From Thermotogota bacterium (GTDB lineage Bacteria > Hydrothermota > Hydrothermia > LBFQ01): 64,000 nucleotides of DNA. The notes below the pieces were generated by a model. The model saw only the letters and a program-made list of their open reading frames with translations. It was not told the DNA's origin and made no database searches. Numbering within the stretch: position 1 is the stretch's first letter; each line of letters begins with the position of its first letter. The position numbers and the translations under genes are program-made. Of the stretch, positions 28,550 through 37,588 are shown piece by piece. The stretch is taken from positions 6,242 to 70,241 of the forward strand of contig JAADDJ010000017.1 in the NCBI GenBank assembly GCA_013153965.1, given 5' to 3'.

Positions 28550-29662
28550 CTATTCTACACCCGAAGTTTTATCTTGTCGGTTCCTCCAGAAGGCGTAGTA
28601 TGCGGCGCACGCCCCCTCCGATGATACCATAGGGGCCCCGAGAGGGCTCTCCGGCGTGCATTCTCTCGCGAACGCTGGGCACTCCGGGGGTTTCCTCTTC
28701 CCCTGCAGGATCTCGCCTGCTATGCACACGGGGGACTCCTCGGCACTCAACCCCTCCACATGGAACTTCAGCTCCGCGTCGTGTCGGGCGTACTTGGGAC
28801 GCAGCTTCAAGCCGCTCTTGGGCAGGAGCCCCAACCCTCTCCATACCATGTCCGTTATCTCAAACACCTCCTCAATCATCCTCTTGGCGTGAGGGTTGCC
28901 GGTGCGACATACGGATCTCGCGTACTGATTCTTGACATCCGTCTCCCCCCTCTCCAACATATCCACGAGCATTGATATGGCCTGAAGCAGGTCCAAGGGC
29001 TCAAAGCCCGCCACGACGAAGGGTATCCCGTACCTGCGGGCCAACTCCTCGTAGTCGGTGTATCCCACCACCGTGCATACGTGCCCCGGGGCTATGAAGC
29101 CGTCTATGCGGTTGTCGGGGTCGGAGAGGATGTACTCAATCGCCGGAGGTACGAGGACGTGGGACACCAGGGCGGAGAAGTTATCCACGCCCCGGCGGTG
29201 AGCCAGATGGATGGCCATGGCGTTTGCGGGTGCTGTGGTTTCAAATCCCACGGCGAAGAAGACCACCTCCCTGTCCGGATGGCGTTGGGCGAGCTTCAGG
29301 GCGTCCAGGGGGGAATAGACTATGCGCACGTCGGCGCCTTCCGCCTTCGCGGAGAGGAGATCCCCGTGGCTCCCGGGTACCCGTATCATGTCCCCGAAGG
29401 TGGTGAATATAACCTCCGGCCTTTTCGCTATGGCTATGGCCCTGTCAATCTTCTGAAGGGGCGTAACGCACACGGGGCATCCGGGACCGTGTATCAGGTC
29501 AACGGTCCCCTCCAGGAGGGCGTCAATGCCGTAGCGTATGAGGGTGTGGGTCTGTCCTCCGCATATCTCCATTATTCTCCACGTTCTCGTCGCCCTCCTT
29601 CGGATACGCTCAACCAACCTCCTGGCCAAGGCGGGGTTCCTGTATTCATCCACGTACCTCAT
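28550..29662 (-). CDS. hypD: Hydrogenase maturation factor HypD
   Basis: [10 protein letters not shown]-terminus, [19 protein letters not shown] and the C-terminal CxxC cluster. Start taken as M-A-M-R-Y. Confidence 0.9.
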   Translation of the reverse strand: MRYVDEYRNPALARRLVERIRRRATRTWRIMEICGGQTHTLIRYGIDALLEGTVDLIHGPGCPVCVTPLQKIDRAIAIAKRPEVIFTTFGDMIRVPGSHGDLLSAKAEGADVRIVYSPLDALKLAQRHPDREVVFFAVGFETTAPANAMAIHLAHRRGVDNFSALVSHVLVPPAIEYILSDPDNRIDGFIAPGHVCTVVGYTDYEELARRYGIPFVVAGFEPLDLLQAISMLVDMLERGETDVKNQYARSVCRTGNPHAKRMIEEVFEITDMVWRGLGLLPKSGLKLRPKYARHDAELKFHVEGLSAEESPVCIAGEILQGKRKPPECPAFARECTPESPLGAPMVSSEGACAAYYAFWRNRQDKTSGVE

Positions 29663-29858
29663 CGCCATCCTCCAGCTTGGCCAGAGCCACCTTTCCATGC
29701 AGCAGGATGCGGTCTCCCACCTTGGCATCCGGAACCATATCCAGAAGGACCCGCAGGAGAACTCCCCTTACGGAGACCACGGCGTACGTGCCGTCCTCCC
29801 CGCGCTCTATGCGACGCACCGTCCCTTCAATCAGCCTCTCGTCCGACATCATCGGCAT
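29646..29858 (-). CDS. HypC-like paralog lacking the N-terminal Cys
   Basis: [58 protein letters not shown] aligns with HypC (PGKVVEV...FGGIVKDVNLSYVPEAQVGDYVVVHVGFAI), but the N-terminus is M-P-M-M-S-D. Overlaps both hypC and hypD. Confidence 0.5.
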   Translation of the reverse strand: MPMMSDERLIEGTVRRIERGEDGTYAVVSVRGVLLRVLLDMVPDAKVGDRILLHGKVALAKLEDGDEVRG

Positions 29859-30096
29859 CAAGCTCCTCCAGCTCTCCGCTCTCTTTTAGGAATTTGAAGA
29901 CGCGCATGGCCTCCTCGGGATCAATGCGACTTATGGCGAAGCCCACATGTACGACGACGTAATCCCCCACCTGCGCCTCGGGAACGTAGCTCAGATTCAC
30001 ATCCTTAACTATGCCCCCGAATTTGACCTTGCCGTAGCGTATGCCCAACTCATCCTCAACCACCTCCACCACCTTGCCCGGAACCCCTAAACACAT
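29827..30096 (-). CDS. hypC: Hydrogenase assembly chaperone HypC/HupF
   Basis: MCLGVPGKVVEV N-terminus with Cys2; 89 aa. Confidence 0.85.
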   Translation of the reverse strand: MCLGVPGKVVEVVEDELGIRYGKVKFGGIVKDVNLSYVPEAQVGDYVVVHVGFAISRIDPEEAMRVFKFLKESGELEELDADDVGREAD

Positions 30097-30108
30097 ACCG
30101 GGGGTATT

Positions 30109-30882
30109 CTAAGGGCGGGAAAGAAGGTGCAACATCTGTCTATATGGCACCTTTTTGGCCACAAGTATGGTCGGACTGTATATATTCCACGGCTTACCGT
30201 CAATTTCGCTGAGTACGGCTCCGGCCTCCTCAACTATGACGGCCCCCGCCGCCGTATCCCACGGGGCGAGACCGTACTCCCAGAAGCCATCAAATAGGCC
30301 GTAGGCTACCATCGCCAGGTCGTACGCGGCGCTTCCGAGCCTCCTTATGGCCATGGCCCGCTTCAGGACCCTCCTTAACCCCTCCACGTACGGGTCCACC
30401 AGCTCGGGATTCCCGTGCGGGAACCCCGTGGCCAGAAACGATTCGTCCAGAGGCCTCCCCTCGTCCAGCTTCAGGGGGCGCTCCCCCGCGTAGGCTCCCC
30501 CACCCCTATAGGCCCAGACGGTGATGCCTCGCGTGGGGATTCGCACGACCCCCATGAGGGGTGTGGCATCCTCAACGAGGGCTATGGATACGGCGAATAT
30601 CTCCAAGCCCCTCGCGAAGTTCTTGGTCCCGTCCAGAGGGTCCACCACCCACCTGAGGCCCTCCGATGCTCCACCCGTCTCCTCCCCGTAGAAGGGTATG
30701 TCGGGAAATCTCCTTGAGAGCTCCTGCCGTATGTACTCCTCCGAGGCGATGTCGGCGTCCGTGACTATGTCCCGAAGACCCTTACGCTCTATATGGAGGC
30801 GCCTCCCGAAGTATCGCAGGAGGATGTCTCCGGCACCTTCGGAGACGGCACACACCTCCTCGGCGAGGGATCTCATATCCAT
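30109..30882 (-). CDS. Inositol monophosphatase family protein (SuhB/IMPase/FBPase-like)
   Basis: WVVDPLDGTKNFARG metal-binding motif, EETG, and GAAAYDLAMVA. Confidence 0.8.
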   Translation of the reverse strand: MDMRSLAEEVCAVSEGAGDILLRYFGRRLHIERKGLRDIVTDADIASEEYIRQELSRRFPDIPFYGEETGGASEGLRWVVDPLDGTKNFARGLEIFAVSIALVEDATPLMGVVRIPTRGITVWAYRGGGAYAGERPLKLDEGRPLDESFLATGFPHGNPELVDPYVEGLRRVLKRAMAIRRLGSAAYDLAMVAYGLFDGFWEYGLAPWDTAAGAVIVEEAGAVLSEIDGKPWNIYSPTILVAKKVPYRQMLHLLSRP

Positions 30883-30900
30883 GGCGGAATTCTAAGGAGG

Positions 30901-31134
30901 CTAACCCTCTTTGAGGATCCTCTGGAGGACCCTCGCCGCAACGCTCATGGCGTAGGCCTTCAGAACCGACTCCCCCTTCCCATTCACTATCTCCTCCTGA
31001 ACGGCCACGAGGCACCTCTCTACCACATCCTCGGGGGATAGCCTCGGCATGCTCTCTCCGGTGAATGAGCGGTATATCTTGGAGAAGTGATCATACTCCT
31101 CCATCAGGAGTCTTTCAACCTCATCCCGGCCCAT
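30901..31134 (-). CDS. Small hypothetical protein (77 aa)
   Basis: Lies between the kinase operon and the IMPase gene on the same strand with 10-12 nt spacers. No motif recognised. Confidence 0.3.
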   Translation of the reverse strand: MGRDEVERLLMEEYDHFSKIYRSFTGESMPRLSPEDVVERCLVAVQEEIVNGKGESVLKAYAMSVAARVLQRILKEG

Positions 31135-31144
31135 GTTCCCTCCT

Positions 31145-32221
31145 TCAGAATACGAACCTAACGAGCAGGAAGACCGCCACCCCTACGATGAGGAGCCCCA
31201 GCAGGATGAGGCCCACGAGAAGCCCCCAGGGAAAGCCCCTCTCCTTTATCTCAAACTCCTCCTCCTCGGGTAGCTCTATGAACTGGGTTATCTTGCGCAG
31301 GGCACCCGGCGGCAGCTCCTCCTCCTCCTCGGCGGCGGTTTCGGCGGATTCGTCAATCACCCGTATCGGCTTCACGGGGCGGATGGAATTTAGAGTCAGG
31401 TTCTTGGCCTGCGGCAGCGAGGCGAGGGCCTCCGCGAACTCGTAGGCCGTCCTGAATCTCCTTGACGGGAGCTTGTGCATGGCCTTTCGGAGTATGGCGT
31501 CTATCTCGTCGCCCAGACCCGTGGGTGGGATCTCCTCACGGAGGACCCTGTACTGAAGCTCGTATATGTCCTTGGCATCGCCGAAGGGCGTCCTGCCTGT
31601 CAGCATCTCGTAGAGAACCACGCCGAAGGCGTATATATCGGACCGCACGTCCGCCTTGCCCCGGAACTGCTCCGGAGCCATGTACTCGGGTGTCCCCACG
31701 GCCTTCCGGGAGCCTCCGGATGCTTTGGCCTCCTCCTCTTCCATCATGGCGGCTATTCCGAAATCCAACAGGTAAGCTTTACCCTCCGAATCCACTATTA
31801 TGTTCCCCGGCTTTATATCGCGGTGGATAATCCCCTTCTCGTGGGCGTATCCGAGGGCCGGAAGTATCTGGAGGGCTATGCTCAGGGCTTCGGATAGGTC
31901 CAACTTGCCGCGCGCTTGGAGGATCCTCTCCAAGGTCTCCCCCTCAACGTACTGCATCACCAGATAGAGGAGGCCGTCCTCGTCGCCGAAGTCCAGAATC
32001 TTGACTATGTTCGGGTGGTCCAACTTGGAGGCAGTCTCCGCCTCCTTGAAGAACCTCTCAACGAACTGGCGGTCCCGAGCCATCTGGGGGGCGAGGACCT
32101 TTATGGCCACGGGTCGCTTCAGGTATATGTGCTCCCCCTTATATACGACGGCCATGCCGCCCGCTCCGACCTTCTCCAGTATCTTGTACTTCCCGTCTAT
32201 CACCTTTCCGACGAGGCTCAT
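31145..32221 (-). CDS. Hanks-type Ser/Thr protein kinase with C-terminal transmembrane anchor
   Basis: VAIKVL (Lys), HRDIKPGNIIV catalytic loop, DFGIA, and APE. The C-terminal helix WGLLVGLILLGLLIVGVAVFLLV is hydrophobic. No extracytoplasmic domain. Confidence 0.85.
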   Translation of the reverse strand: MSLVGKVIDGKYKILEKVGAGGMAVVYKGEHIYLKRPVAIKVLAPQMARDRQFVERFFKEAETASKLDHPNIVKILDFGDEDGLLYLVMQYVEGETLERILQARGKLDLSEALSIALQILPALGYAHEKGIIHRDIKPGNIIVDSEGKAYLLDFGIAAMMEEEEAKASGGSRKAVGTPEYMAPEQFRGKADVRSDIYAFGVVLYEMLTGRTPFGDAKDIYELQYRVLREEIPPTGLGDEIDAILRKAMHKLPSRRFRTAYEFAEALASLPQAKNLTLNSIRPVKPIRVIDESAETAAEEEEELPPGALRKITQFIELPEEEEFEIKERGFPWGLLVGLILLGLLIVGVAVFLLVRFVF

Positions 32222-33003
32222 ACCAACCTCCTTAAGGTTATGCTCTGGAACTTGGCCAAAAGGGTGGTTATGAGGGGGGCGTCGGTTATGAGGATGGCCA
32301 CGGCCGTCAGGTTGTCCTCTCCACCCCGCTCGTTCGCCTCGTCCCGGAGGAGCTCAAGCAGAGGTTTAGGCTCGTACGTCATCATGTACTCCAAAAGCTC
32401 CTCGTTGGAGAAGTAGGAGTAGAGGCCATCCGACGCCAGAAGGTACCTGTCCCCCTTGGCCGTATATCCTTCGTAGGTGTGCGGTTTCACCACCGAGCGG
32501 GATCCGAGAGCCCGTACCAGAACGTTCCGGGCGGGATGGGTCAGGGCCTCCTTCGGGGATATCAACCCCCGCTTCACCATAAGTTGAGCCTTCGTATCGT
32601 CCTCCGTGAGTAGGTAGAGGTGTCCGTCCCGGGCCAAGTATATGCGGGTGTCTCCCACGTGGGCTATGTACCACTTGTGCTCCCGTATGAGCATGGCGGT
32701 CAGCGTGGTCATCGCTCCCCTAACTTCCAGCGACGTGGTCACCCTCTCATAGACCTTGGAGGAGGTCCTGATGAAAGCCTCCTTCAGGGCCTCCTTGGGT
32801 TTCCAGCCGGCGTTCAGGAGATTCTGAAGCTCCTCATCCAGCACCTCCAAGGCGTAGTTGGAGGCGAAATCGCCCGCCTTCCTACCCCCCAAACCGTCGG
32901 CTATGGCAAACAACCCCGTCAGGGGGTTTATCAGATACGCGTCCTCGTTCCGAGTGCGGACCCGCCCGAGGTCCGTTATTCCGTAAAACTTACCGCGGAG
33001 CAT
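32218..33003 (-). CDS. PP2C-family Ser/Thr phosphatase
   Basis: TDLGRVRTRNEDA and ADGLGG motifs. 4-nt ATGA overlap with the kinase. Confidence 0.85.
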   Translation of the reverse strand: MLRGKFYGITDLGRVRTRNEDAYLINPLTGLFAIADGLGGRKAGDFASNYALEVLDEELQNLLNAGWKPKEALKEAFIRTSSKVYERVTTSLEVRGAMTTLTAMLIREHKWYIAHVGDTRIYLARDGHLYLLTEDDTKAQLMVKRGLISPKEALTHPARNVLVRALGSRSVVKPHTYEGYTAKGDRYLLASDGLYSYFSNEELLEYMMTYEPKPLLELLRDEANERGGEDNLTAVAILITDAPLITTLLAKFQSITLRRLV

Positions 33004-33006
33004 TCA

Positions 33007-33399
33007 TCAGGCTTCCTGCCACTGTCGGGCCGCCTCCGTAAGGAGCCTGTCGTACTTCTTCAGGAAGGCGAAGACCAGACCCAGAACGGCCTTGGACCTC
33101 TTGAGGACCAGATGTAGGTAGAAGGGGGTATCTCCCAAGGGCTTGGATATGAAGATGTAGCTCTTCGTGAAGGCGAATATCTCTATGGGATCCTCATCCT
33201 CGGCACCCAGAGCCTCAAGGGACCTCTTCTGCGCCCGCACGAGCTCAACGCTGTAGGCGGCGGTGATGCTTATCTCAAAGTCCTCGTCCTTGCGGCTCTC
33301 TACGATGGTGAGACCCTCATGCTTATCCACGATGGCCCCGGCCAGAAAGCCCGGGAACTCCATGCTCATCTTATTGAGTATCTCCTGCATCCTTTCCAT
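33007..33399 (-). CDS. Roadblock/LC7 (MglB-like) domain protein
   Basis: FLAGAIVDKHEGLTIV followed by an alpha-beta core of about 115 aa typical of Roadblock/LC7. Confidence 0.65.
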   Translation of the reverse strand: MERMQEILNKMSMEFPGFLAGAIVDKHEGLTIVESRKDEDFEISITAAYSVELVRAQKRSLEALGAEDEDPIEIFAFTKSYIFISKPLGDTPFYLHLVLKRSKAVLGLVFAFLKKYDRLLTEAARQWQEA

Positions 33400-34098
33400 G
33401 CTTTACCTCCTTTTTTGCTACCTTATGCAAAACGCCGTCCTCAAGGCGATAGACCGTATCAAAGTACGGTATGAGCCTGTCGTCATGGGTCGCTATGACG
33501 AAAGTTCTCCCCTCACGGGCCAAGGACACCAGTATCTCCATCAAGTTTATGGCGTTCTCACGGTCAAGCTCACCCGTGGGCTCGTCGCACACATACACCT
33601 CCGCCCCCACGGCTATGGCCCTCGCCACGGCCACCCTCTGCCTCTCGCCGCCCGACAGCATCTGGACGTTCTTGTGCATCTGCTCCCCAAGGCCCAGCGA
33701 CTCAAGGGTGTTGGTGGCCCTAAGGTGCGCCTGCGAGTGCGTATGTCCCCGCATCCGCAGGGCGAAATACACGTTCTCGTAGGCTGTCATCTCGGGGAAC
33801 AGGTTGTGGGATTGGAATATGAGGCCTATGTGTCTGCGCCGGAAGAGGGCGAGGTCATCCTCCGATAGGTACTTGGGGTCTATCACCCTCTCAAGGACCT
33901 CCACGTAGCCGGAGTCGGCGAAGTCCAAGGTGGAGATTATGTGCAGCAGGGTGCTCTTGCCGGAGCCCGAGGGACCGAATATACCCACCATCTCCCCCGG
34001 CGCGACGCGCAACTTCACCCCCTTAAGGACGTCTATGCGCTTGTCCCCGTAGCTGTAGGACTTATAGACATCGTTCAGCTTGATAATGGGCAAACGCA
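33371..34098 (-). CDS. Soluble ABC-type ATPase (LolD/MacB-like nucleotide-binding domain), no adjacent permease
   Basis: Walker A GPSGSGKST, signature LSGGERQRVAVARA, Walker B VYVCDEPT and H-loop IATHD are all intact. TTG start 9 nt after TATAAT (minus strand). Confidence 0.8.
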
Positions 34099-34145
34099 AG
34101 AGTAAGGCATTATAAGGTTGCTCTCTGCACCCCTTTAAAATATCG

Positions 34146-34775
34146 GTGGTGTTTTTGGTGTCCGACAGGCGTTTGAGGCGCATTCTGGAGGTTTTGAAAC
34201 GCCGGCAGAGGGACCTGAGAGTCTTCGTGGAGAACGTGAAGAACGAGCATAACTTCTCCGCCATACTGCGTACGTGCGATGCCGTGGGCGTCATGTACGT
34301 GCATTATTACTACGAAGGTGAGAGTCTCCCCATAAATCGGGAGATATCGCGGGGATCGGAGAGGTGGGTCGCCCTCGTGAGGGAGGAGGATACGCTGAAG
34401 GCCCTGCGAAGGTTGAAGGAGGAGGGCTATCAGGTGGTGGCCACCCACCTGTCGGCCGAGAGCCGGGATTTTCGCGATGTAGATTACACTCGCCCCACGG
34501 TTATAGTCTTGGGGAACGAGGACTCCGGGGTGTCCGACGCGGTTCTGGATGTGGCGGATCACAACGTGATAATCCCCATGTACGGTATGGTCCAGAGCCT
34601 CAACGTATCCGTCGCCAACGCCCTCCTACTCTACGAGGCCCAGAGACAGCGTCTGAACGCGGGTATGTACGACAGACAAAGCCTGACTCCGGAGGAGTTT
34701 GACAGATTCCTGCGTCTATGGACGCACGAGCGTATAGTGGCCGAGGGCCTCAGGAGGGCTAAGGGGAGGACTTGA
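34146..34775 (+). CDS. trmH: tRNA (guanosine-2'-O-)-methyltransferase, SpoU/TrmH family
   Basis: NEHNFSAILRTCDAVGV, LGNEDSGVS, and IPMYGMVQSLNVSVANALLLYE (SPOUT motifs). Confidence 0.8.
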   Translation: MVFLVSDRRLRRILEVLKRRQRDLRVFVENVKNEHNFSAILRTCDAVGVMYVHYYYEGESLPINREISRGSERWVALVREEDTLKALRRLKEEGYQVVATHLSAESRDFRDVDYTRPTVIVLGNEDSGVSDAVLDVADHNVIIPMYGMVQSLNVSVANALLLYEAQRQRLNAGMYDRQSLTPEEFDRFLRLWTHERIVAEGLRRAKGRT

Positions 34776-35040
34776 GAACCACCCTCTTCACCACCTCCTT
34801 GCCCAGAAGGGCGTTTATGGCTCGGGCTATCCGCCTGTTGGCGGTCTGTAGTTTGAAGCGCACCGCGGGATCCTTCGCCCACACGTACAGGACTCCATCC
34901 CTGTAATGGACGAATTCGGCTCCCGGATAGCTCCTCAGCACCTGCCGAGCCGCCTTTCTGACTGGTATGAGCTCAAGGACACCCTCCGCCCCCAAGAATC
35001 GTAGGAGCGATATCAGAGCCTCACCTACGGGCTTGGCCAT
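34759..35040 (-). CDS. DUF721-like small protein (possible DciA-like)
   Basis: The pattern GVLYVWAKDPAVRFKL...I...LLG is reminiscent of DUF721. Start taken at the internal ATG that abuts the ccdA stop. Confidence 0.45.
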   Translation of the reverse strand: MAKPVGEALISLLRFLGAEGVLELIPVRKAARQVLRSYPGAEFVHYRDGVLYVWAKDPAVRFKLQTANRRIARAINALLGKEVVKRVVLKSSP

Positions 35041-35948
35041 CAGAGGGGCAACTCCCACTGGGGCAGCATGTACGCCAGCTGCTGGATCCAATCCGTCGCG
35101 AGGAGGATGCCAAGGATGATCAGCAGTATCCCCGATATGATCTCAAACGTGCGGAGGAGGCCCCTGACGCTCCGGATGAACTCAAATATCTTGGCGGCGA
35201 AGATGCCGGAGAGGATGAAGGGGACCCCCAGTCCCATGGAATACACGAACAGTAGGACCATCCCCTGCCACAGGGTCTCCGAGAGGGCCGCCAACCCCAG
35301 TATGCCCGAGAGTATGGGCCCTATGCAGGGTGTCCAACCGAGGGCGAACGCCGCCCCCATGACGAAGGATATGAAGATGTTCGTCCTGCTCGTATGTACC
35401 TCCGCCTTCGCCTCGTAGTTTATGAAGTCAAAGTTTATGATGTTCAGGTAGTTGAGCACCCAAGCGACGGCCGCGACGACCGCCAGATAGAGTATCGGCA
35501 CCCAGAAGGAGACCGCCTTGGTGGAGAACATGAATATGGGGGCAACGAGCACGACCAGAAAGAGGGCCCAACCCAGCCATCTCACTACGGCCGGCCATTC
35601 CTTGTACTTGCGTATGCTGAAGGCTCCCAGAAGGGCGAGGCCGAATATGGCCAGAAGGGGACCGGCTATCCAACCGAGCACCCTCTTGTTCTTTATGAGG
35701 AACTGCCCGACGGCGGACGCGGTCGCCCCCATAAGGACGAATATGAGGGAGAATCCGAGGACGAAGAATAGGATTCCGAGTACGACCCTGCCCGTTCCCT
35801 TCCCGCTCTTTATCTCGGCCACGGAGAGGCCGGAGACGTATCCCAAATATGCTGGGACCAGCGGAAGGACGCACGGCGAGAGAAAGGATAGTAGGCCCGC
35901 CAAGAATGAGACGAGAACTCCACCGACCGTAAATCCCGTTATCTCCAT
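35040..35948 (-). CDS. ccdA: Cytochrome c-type biogenesis / thiol-disulfide transporter CcdA (DsbD transmembrane-domain family)
   Basis: LSFLSPCVLPLVPAYLGYVSG and ...WTPCIGPIL Cys motifs. TATAAT lies 7 nt upstream of the chosen ATG. Confidence 0.75.
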   Translation of the reverse strand: MEITGFTVGGVLVSFLAGLLSFLSPCVLPLVPAYLGYVSGLSVAEIKSGKGTGRVVLGILFFVLGFSLIFVLMGATASAVGQFLIKNKRVLGWIAGPLLAIFGLALLGAFSIRKYKEWPAVVRWLGWALFLVVLVAPIFMFSTKAVSFWVPILYLAVVAAVAWVLNYLNIINFDFINYEAKAEVHTSRTNIFISFVMGAAFALGWTPCIGPILSGILGLAALSETLWQGMVLLFVYSMGLGVPFILSGIFAAKIFEFIRSVRGLLRTFEIISGILLIILGILLATDWIQQLAYMLPQWELPL

Positions 35949-36000
35949 AGCGAGGCTATTATAGAGCAGAACGGGGGATATCCTTCCGTAGAATCTTTGG

Positions 36001-37578
36001 ATGCTCCCTGCACTCTTTACATTCTGCTCCCTTGAGGATACCGCATATGTCGCGGTTCCGGAGATAACTCCGGGGGTTATATGGAGGGCGTTCAGGGTGG
36101 TGGAGAGGATGCCCCTGCGGAGCAAAATATCGCAGATTACCCTCGTATATCCTCCCGGCGTCGGATACACGACCAAGTATCCCATAGGAGGGGCCGTATT
36201 CAACCAGAGGCATATAAAACTGCCCGGATTTCCCGAGAAGGTGGCCGCCTACAACCGTGCCAACCCCCTGCCCATACTGGCGTCGGCGGATCAGGAGGGG
36301 GGCCGGATAAATCGCCTGAAGAACGTTCCGGGGTGCGACGACGTGGCCTCACCTCGCGAGATGGCCAACTGGAGGCCTGATTCCGTTGAGATGTACGCCT
36401 TCGCCATCGCATCAACCATGAGGGCCGTGGGCCTCAACGTCAATCTCGCTCCCGTTCTGGATGTGGCTACGGACTCCTCGGCCCTGATGTTCCGCATGGG
36501 GAGGACCTTCGGCCTCGGATTTGATAGGGCGAGGATGTACGGTAGGGCCTTCTCACGGGGCATGAGGAGAGGAGGGATACTGACGGTGGCCAAACACTTC
36601 CCCGGCTACGGAAACACCCGCTGGAACTCCGACGTCCAACTTACCGAATTCAAGGGAGATAGCGCCTTCCTTATGAGGAACTGGGAGGTCTTCCGGAACG
36701 TGTCGGCCTATCTGGACGGTTTTATGGTCTCAAGCCTCATATACCCCTTCTTGGATACGGTGCCGGCGACCTTCTCCCCCCGGGTGGTGGAGATGGCCAG
36801 ACGGATAGACCCTTGGAAGGTGGTTATGACCGATGACCTCTGGGCGCCGGCTCTCAGGGAGTTCGTGCGCGAGGACTACAGGGAGAATTTCACCGACGAT
36901 GATCTCAGAGTGATATTTCGCCGGGCCTTCCTGGCGGGAAACGACGTCCTGATGATCCTCTTCCCGGCGAAGCTCCCCATCCTCTACTCGGAGATAGGGC
37001 GACTCGTCAAGGGAGATAGCGCCTTGAGGAAAAGACTTGACAGCTCCGTGGTCAGGGTTCTCCTAATGAAGCATAAGGCCTTCCCCTACCTGATTGATAG
37101 CCTCTACTACTCTCGCTTTAGGGCGGAGAGATTCCTCTTCTTGGAGGCCACCGCTTGGAGATGCACTCCCACGGACGAGCTGGTTGATAGGCTCCGACGA
37201 TTCAGATTCTCGGGTGTCGTCCTTCTCGGCGGGGAGCCCCGATGCAAGAGGAATCCGGACGACGTGGCCCGCCTCCTCTCGGCCGAAGGTTTCAAGGTGA
37301 TAGCCGGAGACGTGCGTTGGCAGGACCCCACCCTCTACTTCGGCTCCTATAGGGAGAGGACTGGGATCCTCATAACTCCGGGACGCAGGTTGAGTCTGCG
37401 TCCCTACGAGGACGGTATGGCCCCCTCCGAGGGCTACGCTCCTGTGATAGACCTCTCAACGGACGAGGCCTACGCGCACCACGAGCGGCGCTTGGATGAG
37501 GATGGGCACCGTCTCATCTTCTACCGCTCATACTCCTCCCTCGGACGCTTGGACTCGCTGCCGAAACTTCCCGAATAG
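36001..37578 (+). CDS. Glycoside hydrolase family 3 N-terminal domain protein (NagZ-like beta-N-acetylhexosaminidase) with C-terminal extension
   Basis: ILASADQEGGRINRL and AKHFPGYGN motifs. TAGAAT lies 7 nt upstream of the 36001 ATG. An alternative start is possible at 36109. Confidence 0.75.
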   Translation: MLPALFTFCSLEDTAYVAVPEITPGVIWRAFRVVERMPLRSKISQITLVYPPGVGYTTKYPIGGAVFNQRHIKLPGFPEKVAAYNRANPLPILASADQEGGRINRLKNVPGCDDVASPREMANWRPDSVEMYAFAIASTMRAVGLNVNLAPVLDVATDSSALMFRMGRTFGLGFDRARMYGRAFSRGMRRGGILTVAKHFPGYGNTRWNSDVQLTEFKGDSAFLMRNWEVFRNVSAYLDGFMVSSLIYPFLDTVPATFSPRVVEMARRIDPWKVVMTDDLWAPALREFVREDYRENFTDDDLRVIFRRAFLAGNDVLMILFPAKLPILYSEIGRLVKGDSALRKRLDSSVVRVLLMKHKAFPYLIDSLYYSRFRAERFLFLEATAWRCTPTDELVDRLRRFRFSGVVLLGGEPRCKRNPDDVARLLSAEGFKVIAGDVRWQDPTLYFGSYRERTGILITPGRRLSLRPYEDGMAPSEGYAPVIDLSTDEAYAHHERRLDEDGHRLIFYRSYSSLGRLDSLPKLPE

Positions 37579-37588
37579 AATCTCTGCT

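Noticed and set aside
29081-29962. 293-aa plus-strand ORF overlapping hypD and hypC
   Set aside because: Antisense shadow frame. The minus-strand frames carry unmistakable HypD and HypC motifs.
36001-36108. Alternative later start (ATG 36109) for the GH3 gene, which would leave a 160-nt intergenic region
   Set aside because: TAGAAT at 35988-35993 sits 7 nt before the 36001 ATG, matching the recurring leaderless promoter geometry. The 36109 start remains possible.
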